A DNA stretch of 52,123 nucleotides from Patescibacteria group bacterium (lineage in GTDB: Bacteria > Patescibacteriota > Minisyncoccia > Phycocordibacterales > WO2-35-19), in the NCBI GenBank assembly GCA_038065655.1, contig JBBTQO010000013.1:1-52123 (forward strand), written 5' to 3'. Below are positions 30,239 to 40,605 of this stretch, one piece after another; position 1 is the stretch's first letter, and every line of letters starts with the position of its first letter. The notes below the pieces were generated by a model. The model saw nothing but the letters and a program-made list of their open reading frames with translations, was not told the origin of the DNA and made no database searches. The position numbers and the translations under genes were made by a program.

Positions 30239-30943
30239 ATGCCAGAAAAATTTAAAAAGATTTCAATCATTATCCCCGCTTATAATGAGGAGAGAACTCT
30301 CGCCCAAATTATAGAAAACGTTAAGAAAGTAGATTTATTTCCCCTTGAAGTAGAGGTCATAGTGGTTGATAATAATTCAACAGATAAAACTCTTGAAATT
30401 GCCAAAAATCTCCGAAAAAATAATCCAAGTATCAAAGTTTTTGTAGAAAAAGAAAAAGGTAAAGGATCCGCCGTTAAAAAAGGTTTAAGTGAAGCGACTG
30501 GAGATCTTATCTTAATTCAAGATGCAGACCTAGAATATAATCCAGCTGATATTCCAAAATTATTAGAGAAAGCTACTTCAGAAAAAGTAATCGTCTATGG
30601 TTCACGAAATTTAAATCCAGAACAAAAACGAAAAGGAGGTCTCTTAGCCCACCTAGGAGTATGGTTTTTAACCAAAGAATTTAATCTTTTATTTGATACA
30701 AATCTTACCGATTTATGGACTTGTTATAAGTTATTCCCAAAAGAAGCTTCTGTTTATTTTAAAAATGGCGGATTTGAATCAGAACTTGTCTTTGCTACAG
30801 AAATTGTAAAAAATGGCTTCCAAATAGTTGAAGTTCCGATTTCTTACAATAATCCGCGCACAAAAAAAGAAGGCAAAAAGATTACATACAGCGATGGAAT
30901 TGCGGGTATATTTATTTTACTTCGCGAGAAATTTAGGAAATAA
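30239..30943 (+). CDS. GT2 polyprenol-phosphate glycosyltransferase (DPM1-like)
   Basis: IIPAYNEE, DNNSTD, GKGSAV, QDADLEY, YGSR, KEGKKI. Confidence 0.88.
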   Translation: MPEKFKKISIIIPAYNEERTLAQIIENVKKVDLFPLEVEVIVVDNNSTDKTLEIAKNLRKNNPSIKVFVEKEKGKGSAVKKGLSEATGDLILIQDADLEYNPADIPKLLEKATSEKVIVYGSRNLNPEQKRKGGLLAHLGVWFLTKEFNLLFDTNLTDLWTCYKLFPKEASVYFKNGGFESELVFATEIVKNGFQIVEVPISYNNPRTKKEGKKITYSDGIAGIFILLREKFRK

Positions 30944-30944
30944 A

Positions 30945-32078
30945 TCAAATTGGCAGATTAACAAAATCCAGTATGTAAGCATTCATGAGATAGCTTGATA
31001 CAAAATATAAAATAAAAATTGGGATAATTATATAAAGAAATCTATCTTTCTTTATTCTTTGAACAAAAAGGCTTGAGACTATTACTGCCGCTGGCATAGT
31101 GATAAACAACACTCTTGTAACGACAGGCCAAAGAAGTACGGAAAATGAGGAAAGGATGACAAGCCAAATAAACACAATATTATTTTTTAGATCTTTATCT
31201 AAAATCTTATTTTGCAATATTTCTTTTGTTTGTTTTAGTAATATATAAAAGCCCGGAACAAATAAAAACCAACCAAAATTATATATTGATCCAAATGACT
31301 TTATAAATTCTATAGTCCTATTTTGATAAGAATAGCCTGTCTGATTAGAGAGAAACCAATCCAAATAAGTATAACCATTGAAAGCGTAGTAAGTATAAAC
31401 ATTCATAAATAAAAACGGCATAAAAGCTAAACACCCCGTAATAAATACTTTCCAAAATATCTTTGACCATCTATCAGTTTGCAGACTCCAATTTTTATAT
31501 AGTATTATTCCAAAAATAATAACATAGGCCACGAAAGCATATTCTTTGTATAATCCACCAATGCCAATAAATGCTGCTGAAATATAAAGCCATTTATTTT
31601 CTTTGTTTTCTCCTTTATCTTCATTTTCTAAATAACGATAAGCAAAGTATAAAGAAGCTATGTATGCAGTCCAACCTCCTATATCCATGAGATAGCCAAG
31701 CCCAAAAGAAACAGCGGCATAATTTGTAACTAAAAAAAGAGTGCCTAAAAAAGCCAGCTTGTCATCTTTTATAATTTTTTTAAATAGGGAATAAGAAAAT
31801 AGACCCATTGCAATATACAATATACTATCTAATAAGAGCCAAGAGACTTCAATATTCCCAGTAAAAAGATTAAAAAACATGATGAGCCTCAATCCCAAAT
31901 AAGTACTGACGATCATCATCGGTATAAAACCTGATGGCTCTATACCAGTCTTCAGCACTTCAATACTATTAATATAAATGTAACTATCCCCTGCTATTTG
32001 AGGTTTAAGAGCATAAATAGAGAAAATCACTAAAAATATAAGTAGCACAAACAAGTATATTTTATATTTATCTTTCAT
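30945..32078 (-). CDS. Polytopic membrane protein, possible GT-C glycosyltransferase
   Basis: About 10 TM segments, GDSYIY loop, context among GT2/GtrA genes. Confidence 0.5.
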   Translation of the reverse strand: MKDKYKIYLFVLLIFLVIFSIYALKPQIAGDSYIYINSIEVLKTGIEPSGFIPMMIVSTYLGLRLIMFFNLFTGNIEVSWLLLDSILYIAMGLFSYSLFKKIIKDDKLAFLGTLFLVTNYAAVSFGLGYLMDIGGWTAYIASLYFAYRYLENEDKGENKENKWLYISAAFIGIGGLYKEYAFVAYVIIFGIILYKNWSLQTDRWSKIFWKVFITGCLAFMPFLFMNVYTYYAFNGYTYLDWFLSNQTGYSYQNRTIEFIKSFGSIYNFGWFLFVPGFYILLKQTKEILQNKILDKDLKNNIVFIWLVILSSFSVLLWPVVTRVLFITMPAAVIVSSLFVQRIKKDRFLYIIIPIFILYFVSSYLMNAYILDFVNLPI

Positions 32079-32091
32079 AATTCTATCTATT

Positions 32092-32991
32092 TTACTTCTT
32101 TCTACCCAAAATATAAAGGTGAGCGGCGACAGCTTCTGCCCCGGGCATTTTCATAAAAAAATAATCTAAATATTTTAAAGGTCCGAGTATAAGCATAAAA
32201 ACATGAGCGAGAAATGGCGCCAATTTTTTTGAACCCAAAGCAAAAATAACTCCTAACCAATAAGCAAGGAACATCAAAAATGCACTCCACGGCCCCGAAC
32301 GAACTCCAGATTTCACTATTTCAAGATCTGGGAATAAATGTTTTAGTCCAGATATTGTCCAACGATTAAAGTCATCAGGCGATGCGTGATATGGGTGTAT
32401 AAAAGGCACACTAATATAAATATACCCACCCGATTTGACCACGCGTATCATCTCATGAGCAACTTTGTATGCATCAGCCACATGTTCAAAAACAGATTCA
32501 GATACTGCTCCATCTATAGAATTATCGCGAAAAGGTAACTCTGTTGCGCTAGCTACAATATCTACTTCAGGAAATGGGAAAATATCAATATTGATAAATT
32601 CTTTACCGAGTCTTTCGGGACCCGAACCGATATCTATAACTACTGCGTTTTCTTTAGTGTATTTCAAAATCATCCGAGGACCATTTACCAGCATCATCAC
32701 CGGACAAAAAACATGCCAGATAGAATAATAAAGTTTAGGAAATTGCTTTAAAAATGATTTAAGCCAGTTAATACCAGATTCATGCTCGGTAGTATTCTTT
32801 GCAAGAATTTTTTCTTCAACCAATAATGGCCTATTGGAATTGTCTGTTTTAAATATGCCATGAGTAATACAAAAGTAGTCTCTGCCCCTCCTTTGAAAAC
32901 TAGATTTACAAAACGGACAACATATAATACGAGAGTGATCGCCCATCTGGTGTGTTTGTGGTTTCCTTAATTTAAGTAATTTATTTGTCAT
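32092..32991 (-). CDS. Class I SAM methyltransferase with N-terminal Zn-ribbon-like motif
   Basis: CCPFC..C, DIGSG, ESVFEHV, PFIHPYH..P.DFNRW. Confidence 0.82.
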   Translation of the reverse strand: MTNKLLKLRKPQTHQMGDHSRIICCPFCKSSFQRRGRDYFCITHGIFKTDNSNRPLLVEEKILAKNTTEHESGINWLKSFLKQFPKLYYSIWHVFCPVMMLVNGPRMILKYTKENAVVIDIGSGPERLGKEFINIDIFPFPEVDIVASATELPFRDNSIDGAVSESVFEHVADAYKVAHEMIRVVKSGGYIYISVPFIHPYHASPDDFNRWTISGLKHLFPDLEIVKSGVRSGPWSAFLMFLAYWLGVIFALGSKKLAPFLAHVFMLILGPLKYLDYFFMKMPGAEAVAAHLYILGRKK

Positions 32992-34033
32992 TTTTATTAA
33001 AAATAATTACCAATTTGTCTATTAAAACATCCAGACTATGATTTTCCGAAACATATTTTTGAAGTCTTTTTTTTACCTTTTCAATCTTTTCTAAGTCAGC
33101 ATTCAACCAAAATTCTATTTTAGTCGATAAATCACTTGGACTTTCTGATACTATCATCTCTGGTTCAAAAATATCTTTAAAATAATCGTTGACAACTATG
33201 GGTATACATCCACTAGAAGCTGCTTCCAATATGGTTTTATCCATACTACCAGACGGAGTTAAATTTACAAAAATATCATGCTCACTATATATTTTCGGAG
33301 TCTCATAATTTGGTACCGCTCCATAAAATTTCACATTATTCTGTAAATCATATTCTTTTACTTTATTTTTCAAATTTTCAAAATATTCTTTATCTTTTGG
33401 TAGTGCCTCACCATAAAAATCGCAAATAAAATTTATATTTTTATCTTTCAAATTGTTGAGAGCTTCTATTAACAAATCAGATCTTTTAATAGGAGAAATT
33501 CTACTTAAAAACAAAATTTTATTTTTCTTTTCTTGGTTTGAAAATTGAAATTTGAAAATTGAAAATTTATCCGTATCTATCCCCACTGGCATTAAAATAG
33601 TTTTGGCAAATCTTTTAGTAAAGGCCTTATCGGAAGTACAAAATACTTTGCTTGATAATAAAACCGCAACCCTTGTTAAGATATTACCATAATGATGGTT
33701 CCTCCACATAAAAACTTTCTTGTTCAAAATCTTCCAAAACAACCCTCCAAGCAAAACATACTCTTGATTCATGTGGACAAAGACAGCGTCATATTTAAAA
33801 GAAGAAAAGAAGCAAAGATGGAAAAATTTAAATATATATTTCAACTTACTTCTACCTTCCTCTTTTCCTAGAGAAAACACCTTCACATTTGAAGGTAAAT
33901 CATATTCTCCCTTCTGTAAACAAACAACAATAATACTTTCAAATTTTTCGGAAAGTTTTAAAACCCAATTATGGAAAAAACCTAAAATCGGATCACTTTT
34001 GTTTATTTTTTGAGTAAGTATTAGTAGTCTCAT
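32981..34033 (-). CDS. GT4 glycosyltransferase
   Basis: HMNQEY, SRISPIK, GSMDKTILEA. Confidence 0.85.
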   Translation of the reverse strand: MRLLILTQKINKSDPILGFFHNWVLKLSEKFESIIVVCLQKGEYDLPSNVKVFSLGKEEGRSKLKYIFKFFHLCFFSSFKYDAVFVHMNQEYVLLGGLFWKILNKKVFMWRNHHYGNILTRVAVLLSSKVFCTSDKAFTKRFAKTILMPVGIDTDKFSIFKFQFSNQEKKNKILFLSRISPIKRSDLLIEALNNLKDKNINFICDFYGEALPKDKEYFENLKNKVKEYDLQNNVKFYGAVPNYETPKIYSEHDIFVNLTPSGSMDKTILEAASSGCIPIVVNDYFKDIFEPEMIVSESPSDLSTKIEFWLNADLEKIEKVKKRLQKYVSENHSLDVLIDKLVIIFNKNDK

Positions 34034-35532
34034 TATTTATTATTAAATATAAAAAATTTATAGAGAATAAAATTTTGAATCATTACAAAGAAGCCGGCGA
34101 TAATTTGGGAAAATACATACCAAATGCCCAATATTTCTACACAAAATAATATAAGCACAGTATTGGTGACTACTCCCAAAATCGCGACTATAAAAAATTT
34201 GGAAAATTGATAACTTATTTTATTAGTTTGTACATCTTTAAAAACAACAAATTTTTGCAACCCAAAACTTACAAGTAAAGATATGAAGAAAGCTAAAATA
34301 GAGGAGTATAAATACCAAATACCAACAACATCTGTAAATATATATATTGCAACTATATTAGTTGCCGCGGCCGTAATTCCACAAACAAAATAACGCAGTA
34401 AAATATTATTTATAAAAATACCAGGTTTCCAATTTTGAGTTAAAGAAATAATAATCTCGGAAGTTTTGGTCATAGTTTTTTCTATGGAGAATAAGGAGGC
34501 TTTATTTTTAGCCTGAGTTATTATTTTGGCTCTTAAAGCAGAATCTGCTAATTTTTTTACAGCTCCCAAAATTGCCTCTTTATTATTTGGTTCTACCAAC
34601 AAACCTTCTGCTCCATCATCTATAATCTCACTTATATTACCTATGTTGGTTGAAATCACTGGCACTCCGGCAAACATCGCCTCTACAATTTGGAATGAAA
34701 AACTTTCAAAAGTGGTATTGAGTACGAAAATTTCACATTTTTGCATTTTATTTATCAAATCTTTTCTATCCATTTTTCCTAAAAGAAAAACTTTATCTTC
34801 CAGACTTTTATCATTTATAAGTTTTGAGAGTTTGTCTTTATCAGACCCATCACCCGCAATAAAAAGTTTCCAATCCGGCAAATCTCGCATAATCTCTATC
34901 AGACAATCAAAACCTTTCCACGGTACCAACCGGCCAGCAGAGATAATAGTTTTGGATTCAAAATCACCATCATTATTTGCTATGTCAGAAAAATCTATAC
35001 CATTGTAAATAGCTTGTGATTTTATTTTTTCTGGCCACCAACCCGATACTAATTTAGCAAAATACTGGCTAGGACTTATAACCGCGTCTGCCATACCAGC
35101 CGTAGTCTTTTGCAACAATCGCATTAATTCAGTTTGAAAACCATATTTTTTATTTTGAAAATCATCAATACTATCGGTTATGCCAAATCTCTGAGTAGCT
35201 TGCTCCCAGGCATAATCACCAGCGATACGTACCAAAAAAGGTTTACCTAAAAATAATTTAGCAGAGAGCATTGTAGGAAAACCGACACTCAAAGGATCTT
35301 GGGAATATAAAAGATCTACTTTCCGGCCCCGATTCAATACTTTAAACAAAAAAACCAAATGCCTGATCCATCTCGGTAAATGTCTAACTGTACTAAAAGG
35401 CAAAACTTCTACTTCAATGCCAAATTTGGGAAGCTCTTTTTGAAGCAAAGCACTATAGGTAGCTGGTCCGCCGATTTCAGGTGGGAAAATACCAGTCGTC
35501 AAAAGTATTTTTTTATTTTTAACGGGATTCAT
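34033..35532 (-). CDS. GT4 glycosyltransferase fused to C-terminal GtrA-like flippase domain
   Basis: PPEIGGPATY, GRLVPWKG, ESFSFQIVEAM; 4-TM tail LRYFVCG...FGLQKFVVF. Confidence 0.85.
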   Translation of the reverse strand: MNPVKNKKILLTTGIFPPEIGGPATYSALLQKELPKFGIEVEVLPFSTVRHLPRWIRHLVFLFKVLNRGRKVDLLYSQDPLSVGFPTMLSAKLFLGKPFLVRIAGDYAWEQATQRFGITDSIDDFQNKKYGFQTELMRLLQKTTAGMADAVISPSQYFAKLVSGWWPEKIKSQAIYNGIDFSDIANNDGDFESKTIISAGRLVPWKGFDCLIEIMRDLPDWKLFIAGDGSDKDKLSKLINDKSLEDKVFLLGKMDRKDLINKMQKCEIFVLNTTFESFSFQIVEAMFAGVPVISTNIGNISEIIDDGAEGLLVEPNNKEAILGAVKKLADSALRAKIITQAKNKASLFSIEKTMTKTSEIIISLTQNWKPGIFINNILLRYFVCGITAAATNIVAIYIFTDVVGIWYLYSSILAFFISLLVSFGLQKFVVFKDVQTNKISYQFSKFFIVAILGVVTNTVLILFCVEILGIWYVFSQIIAGFFVMIQNFILYKFFIFNNK

Positions 35533-36199
35533 TTTTTATAAAATATGCTCGGCCAAATGGATAAGTGATGATAGCTGGAGCGATACCTTGAGTTTGAAAA
35601 AAATCATACAAGGCTTGTCGACAACCTTTGAAATCGTAAAAATCGTCTACTACCACTACTCCTCCGATAACTACATTATCATAAAGTGCTTCTAAAGCCT
35701 CCAAGGTAGAACTATAAGTGTCCCCATCCAAACGCAATATGGCAATTGGTCCTATTTTTTCTTTATTTTTTATTAATGTCTCATTGAACCAACCTTTAAT
35801 GATACGAGGTTTGGTGCCCAATTTGAAAGCAATTTGCTTGGCATTTTCTTCGGAAACGGCGATATAACCGGTTTTTTGATGCAAAGCCAAACCCTTGGGA
35901 ACAGCTATTTCCTCATCTTTTTCTGTCATTTCTGGTAAACCTTCAAAGGAATCAAAAAGCCAAGTTTCCAAACCAAAAGAAGCCATATAAGCCCCCAGAC
36001 CCCCTTTCCAACAGCCGGTTTCTACAATTGCTCCTTTTATATTATTTTTTTTAATTTCTTGAATATGATCTTGCATTTGATAAACCCCAGCGATAGTTTG
36101 CATGGTATAGCCTCTGATGCGACGAATATTAAATATCTCAAAAATAGCTCGTGGTTTGAGTATAAAAAACTGTACTAAATTAATAAATCTTTTTACCAT
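35519..36199 (-). CDS. TylF/MycF/NovP-family sugar O-methyltransferase
   Basis: GAIVETGCWKG, FDSFEGLP, KGWF.ETL, LRLDGD.Y, DDFY. Confidence 0.9.
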   Translation of the reverse strand: MVKRFINLVQFFILKPRAIFEIFNIRRIRGYTMQTIAGVYQMQDHIQEIKKNNIKGAIVETGCWKGGLGAYMASFGLETWLFDSFEGLPEMTEKDEEIAVPKGLALHQKTGYIAVSEENAKQIAFKLGTKPRIIKGWFNETLIKNKEKIGPIAILRLDGDTYSSTLEALEALYDNVVIGGVVVVDDFYDFKGCRQALYDFFQTQGIAPAIITYPFGRAYFIKNESR

Positions 36200-36207
36200 T
36201 TTGTCTG

Positions 36208-37371
36208 TTAAATAATATTATTAAACACCACCCGCATTTGTTGGGCGACCAAATCCCAATCATATTTTTCTTTGACCATATTAAAGGCGTTATTTATTAT
36301 TTGATTTTTATTGGGATCGGTAATAACTTTTTGGATAGTCTTGGCGATACTCTGTGGATTTTGGGGCTCACAAAAATAACCTGTCTTTTCATCTATTAGA
36401 AAATCAACAATGCCACCAACTGAGGTTGCTATAACAGGGATTTTACAAGCCATTGCTTCTATAAAAGAATTACCAAACCCTTCCGAAAGCGAGGCTCTAA
36501 TAAAGATATCACAAGCTTCTAAATATTTTGGCATATCCTCGTGCGAAACAAAACCTTTGAAAACAACTTTCTCTGAAACATTAAGATTTTTAGCGAGCTC
36601 TTGTAATTCTTGTTTCAATTCACCCTCTCCAAATATTACAAATATAATATTTTGATTTAACTTAGGTAAAGCTTTTATAACATCCCCTACTCCGTTTTTT
36701 AAAACAAGTCTTGAAGTAGTTATAAGCGCAGTATCTCCTTCTTTTACTCCCAATTCTTCTCTTATTTTATTTTTTTCTTCTTGATTTATTTCCTTTTCAA
36801 ATTTGGACATATCCACTCCGTTTGGAATTATTTTTATTTCGCTAAGATAGCCAAATCTTTTAGCCCGTTCGGCTAAATATGAACTTAAAACTGTCAAAAT
36901 GCTTGTATTTTTCAGCGCTAACCACCAAGATAAATTTATGAGTCCAAATCGACTATTTTTAAAATGTTCTTCTGAATCTCCTTCTTGCAAGGTTAAAATT
37001 ATTGGTACTGGTTTCCAAAATCTTAAAATATTAGCTATAAAACCTGCGCCACTTGCATAAGTCACCATCATGCACCAATAAAAATTATAATTATTTTTAT
37101 TATTTAATTTTATCGCCTTCAACGCTCCCCAAAAAGGTAGAAGTAGTTTGTCTAAAATAGGTACACCAAATCCTAATCTGTAAACATTTACATTGCCGAC
37201 TCTCTCTGGCATGTCAAAGGGCATCTTTGACACTTTACTATTCAGTCTGGCGGTGATTAAATCAAATTCAATATCAGGAATTCTGTCAGTAATTTCTTTA
37301 ATAGCCACTTCCGCCCCGCCCACCAACGGATAATACGCTGTTGAAAATATGAGTATTTTTTTAGTTTTCAT
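36208..37371 (-). CDS. GT4 glycosyltransferase
   Basis: PLVGGAE, TLQEGD, SRLV.KNG, SEGFGNSFIEAM; ATG at 37371 lies 6 nt after TGcTATATT. Confidence 0.88.
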   Translation of the reverse strand: MKTKKILIFSTAYYPLVGGAEVAIKEITDRIPDIEFDLITARLNSKVSKMPFDMPERVGNVNVYRLGFGVPILDKLLLPFWGALKAIKLNNKNNYNFYWCMMVTYASGAGFIANILRFWKPVPIILTLQEGDSEEHFKNSRFGLINLSWWLALKNTSILTVLSSYLAERAKRFGYLSEIKIIPNGVDMSKFEKEINQEEKNKIREELGVKEGDTALITTSRLVLKNGVGDVIKALPKLNQNIIFVIFGEGELKQELQELAKNLNVSEKVVFKGFVSHEDMPKYLEACDIFIRASLSEGFGNSFIEAMACKIPVIATSVGGIVDFLIDEKTGYFCEPQNPQSIAKTIQKVITDPNKNQIINNAFNMVKEKYDWDLVAQQMRVVFNNII

Positions 37372-37406
37372 CCTCAAAATATAGCAAAAAACAAGCCTTT
37401 AAGCCA

Positions 37407-39197
37407 CTATTCTCCTTTTAGAATTTTCCTTAGCGTTTCCTCAGGCACTTCCTTTGTTTTTTCTGTTTTTTTAACTTCTTCCTTTTTTTCTTCTTTTTTG
37501 CTCTCAGCTTTTAGTTCTAAGCTTTTGGCTTTTTGTATCGCCTCCCTCAACGCGCTTACATTTTCTATAGTAGGTTCTTTGTTTTTATTTTTCTCCCCAT
37601 ACCTCAATTCTTGTAACGACACTGTCTCTTTTTTTTGCTCTGATTTTATCTCATCCCTTTTTTCTTCCCTTGCTACTGGCTGCTTGCTACTGGCTGCTGG
37701 TTTTTGTTTTACCGCTTCTTCTATCGCTTTTGCCAAAAAATTATTTTCTTTTTTGGGTTCTGCTTTTATTTCTTTTGGTTTATTTTGTTCATATCTTATC
37801 TCTTTTTTTGTCTCTGTGGGTTTTTCTTCTCTTCGTATTTCATGCTTCATATTTCTCCCTTCGATTTTTTCTGGTTCACCCACCCGCAATGGCTTCGCTA
37901 TAAGCGAGTCGGGCAGGTGCCATTCCTTAATAACCCTTTCTACTTCTGCTTTTGGAGAAGTATAATTTTTCCTAGACATTTCTAGAGCCTTATCTCTAAA
38001 AGAAATTTCTGGTTTTGGAAAAGGAGGTAAAGTGGTCGCTGAAAACGGCTGCGAAGCCACTCCATTTATCATTAGTTTTAAATAAACCTGAACAAATCCT
38101 AAATTAACGATATCTTCCATAGTAAAAGTCGGAGCAAATTCTTTTTCCAAAACTTCAGCATCATAGGAACCAACCCTAAAAGTAATCATAGTGCCAACGT
38201 TGCCAAACACGGCAGCTCTCACCTCTTCAGCCATCTGTTCAATATATTGATGAGTAATATTTAAACTTAATTTGTATTTTCGAGCCTCAGATAAAATATC
38301 AGCAAAACTTTTGTTAGCAAAAGATTGAAACTCATCTACATACAAATAAAAATTAGGCAATTTTTTAAGCTCTTTTGGGTCAGCATCCGCTCTAGACATC
38401 GCCGCTAAATATATTTTAGTGACAAGCATTGCTCCCAAAAGATTGGCATTGCCTTCTCCCACTAGCCCTTTAGATAGATTCACTATTAATATCTTCTTCT
38501 CATCCATTATTTTCCTGACATCAAAAGAAGATTTGGGTTGACCAATAATATTTCTAATAAGCGGATTAGATACAAATTGACCGACTTTGTTTTGGATAGC
38601 CGGAGTAGCCTCGGCCGCATATTTGTCCGTATATTTAGCAAATTCTTCTGTCCAAAAAGCCTTGGTGGTTGGGTCTTTGACATTGTCCACCACTTTATTA
38701 CGATAAGCTTTGTCAGTAAGCATCCTATTTATACTAAGCATTGTTGCTCCCGGATATTCAAGGAGTGCTGCCAGAGTATTTTGTAAAATGTAAGCCATTC
38801 TGGATGACCATTGATCCTCCCAAATCTTTTCAAAAGCGCTCATCAATCCTGAAACCACCAAGTGTCTTCTTTCCGGTCCAACATCCTCCATCACATTAAA
38901 CGAGATAGGAAATTCAGTATCAAAAGGAGCAAAATAAATAACATCTTTGATGCGATGTTCTGGAATATAATCAAGCAAGAGATCAGCAGTTTTGCCGTGC
39001 GGGTCTAAAAAGGCCACCCCCTCACCATTTTGAATATCTTGGATAGCCATATTTTCCAGCATCGTAGATTTACCCATACCAGTTTTGCCGATGGAATAAA
39101 TATGGCGAAGACGATCTTCAGCTTTAATACCAAACTTCACTCGCTTGTTGCGTGAGTCAGTCTCGGCAAAATAAGTTATCTTATCTTTCTCGTCCAT
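37407..39197 (-). CDS. VirD4/TraG-like (T4SS DNA-binding domain) P-loop ATPase with charged C-terminal tail
   Basis: DR.RHIY.IGKTGMGKS Walker A, LYVDEFQ Walker B, EARKY, HQY. Confidence 0.8.
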   Translation of the reverse strand: MDEKDKITYFAETDSRNKRVKFGIKAEDRLRHIYSIGKTGMGKSTMLENMAIQDIQNGEGVAFLDPHGKTADLLLDYIPEHRIKDVIYFAPFDTEFPISFNVMEDVGPERRHLVVSGLMSAFEKIWEDQWSSRMAYILQNTLAALLEYPGATMLSINRMLTDKAYRNKVVDNVKDPTTKAFWTEEFAKYTDKYAAEATPAIQNKVGQFVSNPLIRNIIGQPKSSFDVRKIMDEKKILIVNLSKGLVGEGNANLLGAMLVTKIYLAAMSRADADPKELKKLPNFYLYVDEFQSFANKSFADILSEARKYKLSLNITHQYIEQMAEEVRAAVFGNVGTMITFRVGSYDAEVLEKEFAPTFTMEDIVNLGFVQVYLKLMINGVASQPFSATTLPPFPKPEISFRDKALEMSRKNYTSPKAEVERVIKEWHLPDSLIAKPLRVGEPEKIEGRNMKHEIRREEKPTETKKEIRYEQNKPKEIKAEPKKENNFLAKAIEEAVKQKPAASSKQPVAREEKRDEIKSEQKKETVSLQELRYGEKNKNKEPTIENVSALREAIQKAKSLELKAESKKEEKKEEVKKTEKTKEVPEETLRKILKGE

Positions 39198-39207
39198 TTT
39201 GTTTATT

Positions 39208-39330
39208 ATAACTCATCCCCTCTCGCTTTGCTCGGCCCTTCTCTTATTACAAGAGAAGGGTTGCCTTCGTTCAAGCCTAGATTACCTCTCTTGTTGTAAG
39301 AGAGGTCGAGACGTAGTCCGTGTGAGTTAT
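39208..39330. repeat. Two inverted copies of palindromic family A
   Basis: 39208-39265 and 39284-39330 each start ATAACTCA and carry a CCT(C/T)TCTT...AAGA(G)AGG hairpin. Confidence 0.75.
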
Positions 39331-40505
39331 TTCCCAAGAATGGCTTCTCTCGTATAAACATTACTCGGATCCCAGAGCATCCAGGAAGTTAAACCCACAT
39401 CATAAGTGGCTTGGATTTGTTTGCGAACCATATCGGCTGTGTAATGCACGGGGTAATCATTGTCTTGAAGCCAAGGACGGAGTTGCAGCTGGTTTATCCT
39501 TTTCAAGACCGGAGCATTAGGGGTGCTCGAAGCAATTTCATTATGCAAGAAATTTGCTCTAGCCACCGCCGCATCCATACTAAACTTAACAATCTCATAA
39601 GGCACTTTATTTGGATCAGGCCAACCATTAAATGTTGGTGGATAATGTGATGGATAAACCATCGGGGAAACATAATCAAAATTTAGAAGCGCATATTCCA
39701 AAACTTGTCCGATATTCATATCGTCAGTGTTAGTAGTTGTCATACCAAACAAATCAGCTGAGGTAACAATGCCCGAGGAAGCAAGTTTAGAGTCAAGATA
39801 TTCAAAAAATTGCCTGAGCATCTCTTTTTTAGTAGTAGTGCCAGTATGCGCAAAATAAATATCTTTCATATCGCCATCCGATGGGAAACGGATATAATCA
39901 TAATTAATTTCATCAAAACCAACAGCATATGAAGAAGTAGAAATAGAAATTATATAATCCCAAAACGGTTTTGCCCCAACATCAATAAAAGAAATACCTT
40001 TCCTATCTTTCCAAACACCACCATCACTTTTTCTTTTAACGGCCAATTCCGGATGAGCTTTAGCATAAAGCGGATCTTGAAAGACGGTTACTCGGCCAAT
40101 TACATAAATATTTTTATTATGCAATTTTTCCACAAAATCCTGCATATCAGAAACTTTGCAACCAGTCCCGCTCAACTTATCAATCTCATCATTACCAGTC
40201 AAAAAAGAAACTGTGCCAGTATAATCTTTAATATCTATAACTACAGCATTGATTTCCGTTTCTTCTATAAGTTTTACAACTTTGTTCCTAAATGAAGGTG
40301 TGCCAGCCACACATTGAGTCATATAAATACCCTTAAGTGGCTCTGGGGTCCCCAGATGCTTTACTACTTTTAGTTCAGGTGTGCTAGAAGCCACCTCAGC
40401 CGAACGACTATTATAAGAAACTTCTGAAGAAAAAGTAAAAGAAGAAATAAAAAAAAGAACGATAATAACTATGATTCCTCCCAGTAAATAATTTTTTAAT
40501 TTCAT
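39327..40505 (-). CDS. Putative glycoside hydrolase (DUF4015-like TIM barrel), membrane-anchored
   Basis: KGIYMT, VIDIKD, FQDP, DYIRFP, DYVSPMVYPSH, PWLQD; start MKLKNY. Confidence 0.75.
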   Translation of the reverse strand: MKLKNYLLGGIIVIIVLFFISSFTFSSEVSYNSRSAEVASSTPELKVVKHLGTPEPLKGIYMTQCVAGTPSFRNKVVKLIEETEINAVVIDIKDYTGTVSFLTGNDEIDKLSGTGCKVSDMQDFVEKLHNKNIYVIGRVTVFQDPLYAKAHPELAVKRKSDGGVWKDRKGISFIDVGAKPFWDYIISISTSSYAVGFDEINYDYIRFPSDGDMKDIYFAHTGTTTKKEMLRQFFEYLDSKLASSGIVTSADLFGMTTTNTDDMNIGQVLEYALLNFDYVSPMVYPSHYPPTFNGWPDPNKVPYEIVKFSMDAAVARANFLHNEIASSTPNAPVLKRINQLQLRPWLQDNDYPVHYTADMVRKQIQATYDVGLTSWMLWDPSNVYTREAILGK

Positions 40506-40506
40506 T

Positions 40507-40605
40507 TTTTTCCAGAGGATGACCCTTGAACTGCCCCTGCCCCAAAGGGTCATCCTCAAATTCCGACCTCACCCCCAACCCCCTCTCCTTGCGAAGGAGA
40601 GGGGG
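40507..40605. repeat. Composite element: family B inverted repeat plus GCG-loop hairpin
   Basis: 13-bp IR (40515-27/40545-57) plus 12-bp IR (40579-90/40594-605); colinear with 51222-51337. Confidence 0.8.

Noticed and set aside
37407-39197. Conjugative/T4SS island
   Set aside because: It is a lone ATPase with no VirB genes, relaxase or oriT; such proteins are common chromosomal genes in CPR.
39327-40559. Extended N-terminus MRMTLWGRGSSRVILWKK of the glycoside hydrolase (and similar extensions at 6263, 12524, 28893, 42028, 45108, 51201)
   Set aside because: The extension is translated repeat or upstream sequence; downstream ATGs fit promoter, SD or coupling evidence better.
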